Source of the DNA: PVC group bacterium | GTDB taxonomy: Bacteria; Verrucomicrobiota; Kiritimatiellia; CAIKKV01; CAITUY01 | Length of the DNA: 64,000 bases | NCBI GenBank assembly: GCA_945870225.1 | Contig: CAMBRF010000009.1 | Coordinates: 16,321-80,320 of the forward strand | Direction: 5' to 3' | Notes under the pieces: generated by a model | Told to the model about the DNA's origin: nothing | The model's input: only the letters and a program-made list of their open reading frames with translations | Databases searched by the model: none | Position numbers and translations under genes: made by a program | Shown here: positions 28,414 to 37,507 of the stretch, piece after piece | Numbering within the stretch: position 1 is the stretch's first letter | Layout of the letters: each line of letters opens with the position of its first letter

Positions 28414-31400
28414 TCAAGGTGGCGGCCAGGCTTTCAGACGATAAAACCGCCGGGGCGCTAAGTCGGGCGACGGGCGGCCATCACCCCCGTAATCCACCCA
28501 TACATCCTGGCTTCCACTGCCAATCAGGTTGGTGGCCGGTTGAAACTCTGATCCGGTCAGGGATTCCGCCCACTCGATCCGGAAGTTGAGGCCCGAGGCC
28601 GAATTCCACCCGATCATCCAGGCGGCCTCTGTCAGCGGCGACAGATTGCTGAGCGAAACGGGTATTTTTTCGAACCGCCCGCTTCCGGAAATGGTGACAG
28701 AACCTGACCAGTCGGCATCATTGACGTAATACAGGACGGCCCCATCAGCCACCTCAATCGTCCCGCTCCCGCTGATCGCCCAGCTGTAGCAGACATTGGT
28801 CACGGTCACCGTGCCGCCAACTTCGAGCCTTCCCAACGCGCGATTGGTCACAAACCCCTCAAGCTCGACACCCTGATCACGGCAATTCAGATCAATCCTG
28901 TGCAAGGCGGAAGTTGAAAAAGCAAGGGTGACGCCAAGCAGGGTCAAATCCTGATTGGTACCGGAGCAACTGAAGTCACCGGCTAGATTCAGCACGGTGT
29001 TTGAAGCCCCGGACGGGAATTCAAACTGGCCGTTGGGTCCGATCACAAACGAGCCCGCCGTTAATGAGCCGCTCTCAATGCGCAGTTTGCCGTTAAGAAT
29101 GGTGACACCCCCCGGTCCGGCGGCGTTGCTGACAGTCAGACTTGAAGACGCCCCGGACAGAACGATCTCGTTGCCGCCCGCCGAGGCGTATTGACCAATG
29201 ACCACATTGCTGCAGACGACACGTGCGCCATCTTCAATAAGCAGACGGTTATACGCCCCGTCCACGCCCACAATAAGGTCACCCGTGACCAGCAGGGTTG
29301 ATGAGGAGTCTTTAATGCGCACCTCATTGGAGACAGCCAGACTGTAATCGCCGATGACGAGGGCGTCACAGCTCGCCAGGCCACCGCCGCTGATATCGAG
29401 CCGGTTCCCCGCCCCATCCACCCCGATGCACAGCCGGTGCGTATTGGTCCAGACGGTTCCCGCACCGGTCAGACTTACACGATTTGAGCAGGCGGTATGC
29501 CCGACTCCGACCAGGCCGAACGCGCTTTCCACCCTGCCGCCGTTCTGCAGCTCGAGAACATTCCCGCAGCCCCCATTGCCCACGACGAGATGGCTACCGA
29601 GCGCCCATACGGAACCGGTGTCCCCCACAAAAACAAGATTGGCCGAACCGGACGTTACGGCGCCCAGTTCCCCATAGCGGGACTGGAGCCGGCCCCCGCT
29701 CATCACATAGAGGGCGTTGGAGAGGCCCGCCTGGCCCACCGTCACCCCGTACCGGTTGCTCCACACCGAACCCTCACCCTTGATCACCACCCCGTTGAAC
29801 GCGGAGGATTCCATCATCCCAATGACGGTATCCATGGCATCAACCGCACCGTTGGTCATCACGCCGACCGCATTATGCCGGCCACCATATCCGACAAAAA
29901 AGGTTTGCGCCCCAACCCAGGTGGATCCGGAATCGCACACCAACACGGTATTCGAACCGGAGGACGCGTCGAGTCCGATCAACGCTTCCTCGTTTGACAC
30001 GATGGCTCCGCCGCGAATGGCGAGGGAGTTACTGCCAGCCAGGTCACCCAGTACGAGATCGGCCCCCAGATTGGTTGAGCCGACAACGAATAGGCGCGTC
30101 GCGCCGGATTCATGGGGAACGGGATTGGTATGAATCGTCACCGCCTCCTCACGCGACAGCGTTCCGGGCGCAGCAAAGGTGTATCCCAGGGCCTGCATCT
30201 CCGCCACAAGGTTGGTGATTGGTCCCACGTCGTATTGAGGATGGTAATAGAAGCCGGCAACCACATCACGAACCACCTTTAACTTGCGTGCATACTCCAC
30301 CTTGTTGGAGATCGAGTAAACCAACCCGTTGGAGTCCAACTGGTTGGTGTCCGATACGTAGCGATCCAGGTTTTCAGGCAGCGTGCGGGTCCCGAGATGA
30401 TTCTGATAGACGGTGTAAGGAAACCACCTTGTCGCCACATTGGAACTCACGGCGGAGATCGCATCCAACGCCGCCCGGGACAACCCCTCGGTGCGATAGC
30501 GATGCAGACACATCCGCTCATGGGCCACCCGATAAAGACTTGAAAAGACACTATAATCCACAAGCGAAGCCTGGTAGTGCGGCGTTTCCCAGCATTCAAC
30601 CGGAAGACCGGCGCTCAGGAATTCGTTGGCGGAGTTCGTGACGCGCCCTTCGGCCCACGCCCAATTATCGTTCGTCAGCGGGCTTCGGGCGGCGTAGTCC
30701 CAGAATTCCCAGCCCTCGGCGCTGACTTTATCACCACTCTCATGGGTGTAGCCGTGGGCGGCAATGAAGGCCCCGCCCCGGATCAACGAGCGAATCTGCC
30801 TCAAGAACGGACGGTTCTGCGTCATCGGCAGGTCGGCAGGAGCCTGATTGGTGTATTGACCAATGGGGTCCCGGTATCGGGGAATAACGCCGAAGGTTCC
30901 CGAGATACCGAGCGCGGTAAGACTGGCGGCGATGCGGACCACTTTGGAAGTAGAAGTCAGCGCCGGCGCAACATCCTCGATTCGCGCAAGCCCGCGAGGT
31001 CCTTGAACCCCTTTGGACCCCATGATGTCGTGCAATAGATCCGCCAGAACCAGGCTGCGGTCACAGAGCGTCGATCCTTGGAATGGATTATCCGCCATGT
31101 ACCAAAAATTAGAGGACTTCAAAACATACGGAACCGGCGCCCTGGCCGTGTTGACCCGCGAGGTAAACACAGCCAGAACCGTCACGTTATTTGTGGGCTC
31201 CATGACCATCAAATCGGTGTTGGAGGGGGCATACAACCAATCACCTTTATAGGCGACGGAATCAAACCCGTTGGTCGTGTGAAGATAGCGTAAGCCCAGA
31301 TGCGTCGTGTCATTGGAACTCCCCAACAGCTTCCAGATGTTGTAGTTCAGCCAGACCACGGTATTGGTCGCGGTGCTGATGTCGGCCAGAAAAGCCGCAG

Positions 31401-31692
31401 AGGGCGATGCGTAATAATAGGATCCAACGTAAAAAACAGCCTCGTACGCTCTCATCTGCCCTGCGGCATAAGCGTTGACCGGAATCATGTCCACGGACGT
31501 CTTGAAGTGCCCCAGGAGATTCTCAAGCGAAAGAGCGTCCGACACCCCGCGTGAGAACGTGTTGGTGGACTCATCATAATAGACCACCGTCCGCCCGTAA
31601 GGAATATCGGCGCGCAGACAAGCCGGCGTCAGACTGATGGCCGCCACCACACCCGCCAGTCCCAAAAGATACGACTTCATGTTGCCCCGCAT
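28414..31692 (-). CDS. Giant secreted protein: DUF2334/polysaccharide-deacetylase-like N-terminal domain, an array of autotransporter-associated beta-strand repeats, and a conserved C-terminal module
   Basis: Signal peptide (MKSYLLGLAGVVAAISLTPA). N-domain carries HGYTH...ETPHY motifs. About 500 aa of G-x-G/L-x-V repeat units (GSTWVGAQTFFVGYGG..., GSVWALGSHLVVGNGG...) are typical of the autotransporter-associated beta-strand repeat. C-terminus ends ...PRRFYRLKAWPPP. Confidence 0.6.
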   Translation of the reverse strand: MRGNMKSYLLGLAGVVAAISLTPACLRADIPYGRTVVYYDESTNTFSRGVSDALSLENLLGHFKTSVDMIPVNAYAAGQMRAYEAVFYVGSYYYASPSAAFLADISTATNTVVWLNYNIWKLLGSSNDTTHLGLRYLHTTNGFDSVAYKGDWLYAPSNTDLMVMEPTNNVTVLAVFTSRVNTARAPVPYVLKSSNFWYMADNPFQGSTLCDRSLVLADLLHDIMGSKGVQGPRGLARIEDVAPALTSTSKVVRIAASLTALGISGTFGVIPRYRDPIGQYTNQAPADLPMTQNRPFLRQIRSLIRGGAFIAAHGYTHESGDKVSAEGWEFWDYAARSPLTNDNWAWAEGRVTNSANEFLSAGLPVECWETPHYQASLVDYSVFSSLYRVAHERMCLHRYRTEGLSRAALDAISAVSSNVATRWFPYTVYQNHLGTRTLPENLDRYVSDTNQLDSNGLVYSISNKVEYARKLKVVRDVVAGFYYHPQYDVGPITNLVAEMQALGYTFAAPGTLSREEAVTIHTNPVPHESGATRLFVVGSTNLGADLVLGDLAGSNSLAIRGGAIVSNEEALIGLDASSGSNTVLVCDSGSTWVGAQTFFVGYGGRHNAVGVMTNGAVDAMDTVIGMMESSAFNGVVIKGEGSVWSNRYGVTVGQAGLSNALYVMSGGRLQSRYGELGAVTSGSANLVFVGDTGSVWALGSHLVVGNGGCGNVLELQNGGRVESAFGLVGVGHTACSNRVSLTGAGTVWTNTHRLCIGVDGAGNRLDISGGGLASCDALVIGDYSLAVSNEVRIKDSSSTLLVTGDLIVGVDGAYNRLLIEDGARVVCSNVVIGQYASAGGNEIVLSGASSSLTVSNAAGPGGVTILNGKLRIESGSLTAGSFVIGPNGQFEFPSGASNTVLNLAGDFSCSGTNQDLTLLGVTLAFSTSALHRIDLNCRDQGVELEGFVTNRALGRLEVGGTVTVTNVCYSWAISGSGTIEVADGAVLYYVNDADWSGSVTISGSGRFEKIPVSLSNLSPLTEAAWMIGWNSASGLNFRIEWAESLTGSEFQPATNLIGSGSQDVWVDYGGDGRPSPDLAPRRFYRLKAWPPP

Positions 31693-31756
31693 GTTCGGTA
31701 TACTACCACAAAGTAATGGTTAGGCAAAATGGCAAACGGTCAGTTTCCGGGGCAAT

Positions 31757-34700
31757 ATGACACGAAACTTCGTTTTCATGACTCTTTGCGCGCTCCTGAC
31801 TGGTGCGGGGCTCACAACCCGGGCCGCTGACCTTGTCTTCAGCGAACTCATGTACAACCCGCTGCCTTCGTCAACCAACGCGGCGGATGATGATCAATTT
31901 GAATTCCTGGAACTGAGGAACACCTCCGCCTCGCCCATCAATCTGGGAGGGGCTTATTTTTCCGCCGGAATTACCTTTACCTTCCCAGCCGGCACGAATC
32001 TCGCCGCAGGCGCCTATGGCTTGCTGGTCCGCAGTGTGGCCTCCATGACGAACCGGTACGGCAGCCTGACCAACATCCTCGGCGTCTATACCGGCAAACT
32101 GGCCAACGAGGGCGAAACGGTAACCCTGCGCAAGGGCGATGGAACGATTCTTTTTTCCACGACCTATGATGACACCTTTCCGTGGCCGGAGGCACCGGAC
32201 GGGGAAGGCGCCTCGCTCGTGCTGACCGCACCCAATGGCGACCCCAATAGCCCCGGAAGCTGGGCGGCCAGCGATGCGTTCCAGGGAACCCCCGGCCGGG
32301 CGGGAGGGGGCTCCGCACCGGATGTTGTGATCAACGAGATCCTCGCCCACACTGATCCGCCTGACATTGATTCGGTCGAGTTACTGAACACCTCCACGCA
32401 GGCGGTTTCGGTGCTGGGCTGGTATCTGAGCGATGATCCGGTCCAGCGCCGCAAGTACCAGCTCACCCACACGGACGCCATTCAACCTGGTGGATTCCTG
32501 GTGCTGACCACCAACCAGTTTGACAGCCCCTCCGCCGTGGCCAGCAACCGGTTCGCCCTGAGCGAACTAGGCGAGACCCTCTATCTCACCTCATCAAACC
32601 TGGTGCGGTTTGCCGACTACGTGAAATTCGGGGCATCCTCGAACGGCGTGTCGCTGGGGCGTTCACCCGACGGCTGGGGAGGATTCACCTTCATGGTCAC
32701 CAATACGCTGGGGGACTCGAACGGGCTCGCCAAGGTGGGGCCGGTGGTGATCAGCGAGATCATGTACCATCCGGCCAGCGACAATCCGGCGGAAGAGTTC
32801 ATTGAACTGCTGAACATCACCGCGAGCAACGCGCCGCTTTACGATTCCGAAAGACCAACCAATACCTGGAAACTGGCCTCGGCCGTAGATTACCTGTTCC
32901 CGACCAACATCACGGTACCGGCAGGCGGGCGCCTGCTGGTCACGGGGGCAACAAATCTTACGGCGTTCCGGACAGCTTACAGCATCCCGACCAACATCCC
33001 GATCTACGGCCCCTGGACGGGGCAACTGGATAACGCCGGGGACAGTGTCCGGCTCTACAAGCCGGGCATCCCGGAACCGACCGGCTTCGTGCCACAGATC
33101 CTGGTGGACCGGGTGGATTACCTGGACGCCGCCCCGTGGCCGACGGCACCGGATGGCAGCGGTCCCTCTCTGGAACGGCGGGTGGCGACCAATACCGCCA
33201 ACGGCGCCTCCAACTGGTTTGTCGGACCACCGGGCGGTTCGCCGGGCGCAGCTCCCGCCGGTGGTTTTTTCACGCCATTGATCACACCCGCCGCCCCCGC
33301 CACGATGCAAACCTTCACCGTCACCGTCGCGGTCGTGGCGCAACCGCTGCCGACCCAGGTCGTTTGCCGGACGGTGATCAACGGGGTTACGAATAATCGG
33401 GTGATGAATGATGCGGGGCTGACCGGCGATGCGGTCGCAAGCAACCAGGTCTACACGACGGTCGTCGCAGGGGGGCTGTCCAACGCCACCTGGATGTATT
33501 ACGCCTTCGACGGCTATTCCAGCAACGGGGCCGTGTTCAGCCTGCCGGAATCGGAGGTGGAGTATCTCCCGGCGCCGACGGTCACGCTCGAGATATGCAA
33601 CGACGGACTGGCCTCCACCGTGGCGCCACTGGCCCATTGGACCTCCTATATGACCACCGGACTGGTGACCCACGCCGATTGTTTTCAGGTGTATCTGAAC
33701 GGGCCGGGTGAAGTCCTGCTGGATGACGTCTATCTGGTGGATGGCGACGGAACGAACCACATCGGCAACAGCGACTTTTCCGCCGCCTTGCCGGGATCAG
33801 GCTGGCTGACCAACAGCGGCAATCACCAGGCCTCGGCCCAGGAAGTCCCCTGGGATGAGGCGGGCAACGGCGTCCTTCATGTCCGCGCCACGGGCGCGGG
33901 AAACACCCCTGGCCATTTTTACGATTCGCTCAGCGCTTTTTTTACCCCTGATGACATGCAGGTCGGAACGCCGGCAACACTCTATTTCCAGGCGCGGCAG
34001 GTCAGCCGGAAAGTCCTTCACTGGTCCTGGGTTCAGGTGGGCAGTCCGCCGCCCGATGTCATCCTCAATGAGGTCATGTACCATCCGGTGCAAACCAACG
34101 AAGCGGATTACGAGTATGTGGAGCTTTTCAACCCGGCGACCGTGGCGGTGGATGTATCCGGATGGGATATCGAGGGAACGGGGTTCATGCTGCCGGCTGG
34201 CACAAGCCTGGCCCCGACCGGCTACCTGGTCTGCGCGGCGAATACATCGGCCGTGATGACGCTTTACGGGATCACGAACACGATCGGGAATTGGACCGGC
34301 ACGCTCCAGAATGGCGGTGAGACACTGATCCTGAAGAATACCCAGGGACGGGAACTGGACCGGTTGACGTATGACGATCTTGAGCCCTGGCCCGTGGCCG
34401 CGGATGGATACGGCCCCTCACTGGAAAGGGTCAATCCTGCGGTGACCGGGAACACCAACCTGAACTGGGCGGCGTCCGCCGCGGATACAAACTGGCAGCA
34501 GGTGGTGCTTACCAATGCGGTGGGGACCAATGCGATTCTTTCCTTTTATCTGGATTACGACGGAAAATGCTGGGTGGACGATGTGTCGGTCAAGGCCGTC
34601 GGCAGCGCGGTCGAACTGACAAGCAACGGGACCTTCGAGACGGGAATGCAGGGATGGGTCGCCACCAATAATCACTCCCAATCCCGTACCGAAACGGGAA

Positions 34701-37507
34701 TGGGGCGCGGCGGCGGACAGGCCCTGGCCCTGGTCGGGAACGCCTCGCGCTGGACGCCCGGCGATCCGCCCCGTGAATTGATTCTTTATGGGGACGGGGC
34801 CAGCAACCGGGTTTATTCGACCCCTCTGGCCGCGCAGGCCGGAACAAATTATATCCTGTCATGGTGGGTTCGCCGGCAGGGACTCGGCGACAATGTGTAT
34901 GGCGTGGTCGGCGCAACCACGGGCAAGGTAGCGTTCACGACCCAAGGTTCGCCCGGCCGTCTTAACAGCGTCCATTCAGGACTGGCCCCGTTCGGCCTCG
35001 AGCAGGGTGCGCGATCCTTCGACGTCGGCACGGTGGGCTCCACCAACATCATCCGGGCCCGGATCACACCGGCCGGTGCCGCCACCAATGTGCAGTTCCG
35101 CTACCGGGAGGTGGGATCCAACACCTATCAGTTCAGCGACGCCCAGTACACCTCCCTCACCATGCGCGATGACGGGGTGGCGCCCGACAGCGTGGCCTCT
35201 GACGGGGAGTACGCCAGCGAAGGACCGCCCGCCACCTCGGCCTGGACCCTGGTTCGCTATCAGATCCTGGCCCTGGGCACCAACGGCGTGGTCGCCACCC
35301 GCCCGGCCCAGGACGATCCCAGCACCGATTACGCCTACTGGATTCAAGGGGTCGCCGTGCAAACGAATCTGCCCGACTGGCACATGATGATGGACGGCCA
35401 TCCCCTCGCCTACCCCTTTGTCCGACGCGCCTGTGCGGTCAGCCCGAACGGACAAGCCTTCACCGACGTTTCCGTCCGGCATCGCGGACGTATTGAATCC
35501 GGAAACACCTCCTTCCGGACGGGCGTGGCGGTCCGCATGCATCGCAGTCGGCTGTTGAACGCCTGGTTCGCCAACAAACAGGGCGGCATTAATTTCCGGA
35601 ACCGGATCTATAATACCTTCACCGATTACACCCGGGTGGTCAACGAATGGCTGGGCTACGACCTGCAGCGGGTGGTCGGTCTTCCCGCACCCCGAACCCG
35701 GCATGTCTGCCTCTGGCTCAACGGGGTGCCCACCATCACCGTGGAACTGGAGGATCCCGAGGAGGACTTCCTCAAGGGAAACGGAATTGATAAGAACGAT
35801 TACGTCAGCCGGGCGGGCTGGACCGGCCGCAACCTGACCGGGGGCGACTCCGCCCTGGACAATCTCAATGACGTCAACGCCCAGTTGGATAGCGCCACAG
35901 GGGCTGCCAAGAACGACCTTGTCCGCACCAACCTGTGGTATGAGTCCATTCAGCACAGTCTGGCGCTCCTTGCGATGACCGCCAATGCGGACCAGTTTTT
36001 CGTGTGGAACATGTTCCAGCATCGTCGTGCTGCCGACGGACGCTGGGAGCAATTCCCCTGGGATGTGGATATGAGTTTCCGCACCGACACCATCATCAGC
36101 GGCCCCAACACCAATGTCCTGCCGCAATTGCATCCCTATTATCAGAACCCGCTTCATCCCAGCATCTGGGACGACACCCCGCCCCCCAGCTCCGCCGCCA
36201 GCACGCTCGGCAAAACTCTTTTCTATCCTGAAAACGGGACCGGCTCGGAATTTACCCTTCCCTACCGCCACCGCCAGCAGATGACCTTGTGGCGGTATTT
36301 CCATACCCTTCAAACCACGAATTACCTGTTCCCCAAGCTCGATACTCTTCAGGCGCAACTGCTCCCCGCGTTTATCCAGCTGGGCATCTCCCGGACGGCG
36401 TTTACCAATCAGGTGATCTCCGTGAAACAGGCGATTCTGGACCGGCGCACCTTCCTCCAGAACGGAACCTGGTCCGACAAGAACACGACCCTCTGGAATC
36501 CCACCAACATCTATGTCACCACCAACGTGGTCATTAACGAGATCATGTGCGATCCGCCGGCCGGCGGGGAATACCTGGAGCTCTACAATCGCGGTGGCCA
36601 GGCCGTGGATCTAAGCCAGTGGACCCTGCAGGCGGGCAGTGAGTCCTATCGCCTGCCTTTCGGAACCATGTTGGGGGCCACGTCCTATCTGGTGGTGGCC
36701 GATGCCCAGCCGGTGCTCACGAATTATTACACGGAACTGGGCAACGGGACCGCCTTGATTCAGCGTTATCCGGAAACACCCATCTGGGATAGCCCGCTCG
36801 TCTGGACCTCGGCGACCGAGTATGCGAGCCGCGTGCTTGAGATTCCCTCGCTCACTCTGCCCAATGCCGGCGGTTCCCTCACACTCTCCGATCTCGCCGG
36901 AACCGTGATCGATGCGGTGACCTACGGCGTCACCCCGCCGTGGCCAACAAACCCGGCCGCCTCGTTTGAACTGATCGATGCCGGGACCAACAATAACACG
37001 GGAGCCGCCTGGCGTTCCTCGGCGCTGGTCGGGACCCCCGGCTGGGTCAACACCGCGGCAGCGGACCGGGATGCCGACACCCTTCCGGATGACTGGGAAC
37101 AAGGCATCGTCGATTCCAATCCCGGGGACGGGATCACCCACGTAACCGGGGTCCTGGGCGCGGATGATTTCGATGATGACGGAGCGCCCAATGTCGTGGA
37201 ATATGTGGCCGGAACCGATCCCACCCTCGACGATGCGGATACGCTGCGGTTACGGATCGACCAGTCAAACGGCGTGATCGCCGTGGAATTCGACACCCTG
37301 CCTATTCAGGGGGACGCCTATCTGGCATTCGATGCCCGGCGTTACACCCTTGATTGGCAGCCTCAGCTCCGCCTGACCAACAACTGGGACAGTGTCGCCA
37401 ACTTCGCCGGTCTGACCGGGATCGGGCAGACGATCCTCTACACGAACGCCCTCGTCCCACCCTCCGCTTTCTACCGGTACCGGATCGAATTGCATCCCAG
37501 GCGTTAA
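31757..37507 (+). CDS. Giant secreted protein with five lamin-tail domains (LTD), a CotH-kinase-like domain and C-terminal TSP3/dockerin-like Ca-binding repeats
   Basis: Signal peptide. Five LTD signatures (LVFSELMYNP..., VVINEILAHTDPPDIDSVELLN, VVISEIMYHPASDNPAEEFIELLN, VILNEVMYHPVQTNEADYEYVELFN, VVINEIMCDPPAGGEYLELYN). A globular region at about aa 1210-1560 is CotH-like (LWLNGVPTITVELEDPEE..., FPWDVDMSF). Acidic repeats DRDADTLPDDWEQG...DDFDDDGAPNVVEY follow. C-terminus ends ...SAFYRYRIELHPRR. Confidence 0.65.
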   Translation: MTRNFVFMTLCALLTGAGLTTRAADLVFSELMYNPLPSSTNAADDDQFEFLELRNTSASPINLGGAYFSAGITFTFPAGTNLAAGAYGLLVRSVASMTNRYGSLTNILGVYTGKLANEGETVTLRKGDGTILFSTTYDDTFPWPEAPDGEGASLVLTAPNGDPNSPGSWAASDAFQGTPGRAGGGSAPDVVINEILAHTDPPDIDSVELLNTSTQAVSVLGWYLSDDPVQRRKYQLTHTDAIQPGGFLVLTTNQFDSPSAVASNRFALSELGETLYLTSSNLVRFADYVKFGASSNGVSLGRSPDGWGGFTFMVTNTLGDSNGLAKVGPVVISEIMYHPASDNPAEEFIELLNITASNAPLYDSERPTNTWKLASAVDYLFPTNITVPAGGRLLVTGATNLTAFRTAYSIPTNIPIYGPWTGQLDNAGDSVRLYKPGIPEPTGFVPQILVDRVDYLDAAPWPTAPDGSGPSLERRVATNTANGASNWFVGPPGGSPGAAPAGGFFTPLITPAAPATMQTFTVTVAVVAQPLPTQVVCRTVINGVTNNRVMNDAGLTGDAVASNQVYTTVVAGGLSNATWMYYAFDGYSSNGAVFSLPESEVEYLPAPTVTLEICNDGLASTVAPLAHWTSYMTTGLVTHADCFQVYLNGPGEVLLDDVYLVDGDGTNHIGNSDFSAALPGSGWLTNSGNHQASAQEVPWDEAGNGVLHVRATGAGNTPGHFYDSLSAFFTPDDMQVGTPATLYFQARQVSRKVLHWSWVQVGSPPPDVILNEVMYHPVQTNEADYEYVELFNPATVAVDVSGWDIEGTGFMLPAGTSLAPTGYLVCAANTSAVMTLYGITNTIGNWTGTLQNGGETLILKNTQGRELDRLTYDDLEPWPVAADGYGPSLERVNPAVTGNTNLNWAASAADTNWQQVVLTNAVGTNAILSFYLDYDGKCWVDDVSVKAVGSAVELTSNGTFETGMQGWVATNNHSQSRTETGMGRGGGQALALVGNASRWTPGDPPRELILYGDGASNRVYSTPLAAQAGTNYILSWWVRRQGLGDNVYGVVGATTGKVAFTTQGSPGRLNSVHSGLAPFGLEQGARSFDVGTVGSTNIIRARITPAGAATNVQFRYREVGSNTYQFSDAQYTSLTMRDDGVAPDSVASDGEYASEGPPATSAWTLVRYQILALGTNGVVATRPAQDDPSTDYAYWIQGVAVQTNLPDWHMMMDGHPLAYPFVRRACAVSPNGQAFTDVSVRHRGRIESGNTSFRTGVAVRMHRSRLLNAWFANKQGGINFRNRIYNTFTDYTRVVNEWLGYDLQRVVGLPAPRTRHVCLWLNGVPTITVELEDPEEDFLKGNGIDKNDYVSRAGWTGRNLTGGDSALDNLNDVNAQLDSATGAAKNDLVRTNLWYESIQHSLALLAMTANADQFFVWNMFQHRRAADGRWEQFPWDVDMSFRTDTIISGPNTNVLPQLHPYYQNPLHPSIWDDTPPPSSAASTLGKTLFYPENGTGSEFTLPYRHRQQMTLWRYFHTLQTTNYLFPKLDTLQAQLLPAFIQLGISRTAFTNQVISVKQAILDRRTFLQNGTWSDKNTTLWNPTNIYVTTNVVINEIMCDPPAGGEYLELYNRGGQAVDLSQWTLQAGSESYRLPFGTMLGATSYLVVADAQPVLTNYYTELGNGTALIQRYPETPIWDSPLVWTSATEYASRVLEIPSLTLPNAGGSLTLSDLAGTVIDAVTYGVTPPWPTNPAASFELIDAGTNNNTGAAWRSSALVGTPGWVNTAAADRDADTLPDDWEQGIVDSNPGDGITHVTGVLGADDFDDDGAPNVVEYVAGTDPTLDDADTLRLRIDQSNGVIAVEFDTLPIQGDAYLAFDARRYTLDWQPQLRLTNNWDSVANFAGLTGIGQTILYTNALVPPSAFYRYRIELHPRR

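Noticed and set aside
34976-36358. 460-aa minus-strand ORF inside the LTD/CotH gene
   Set aside because: Antisense to a gene with strong domain evidence; Gly/Arg/Pro-rich
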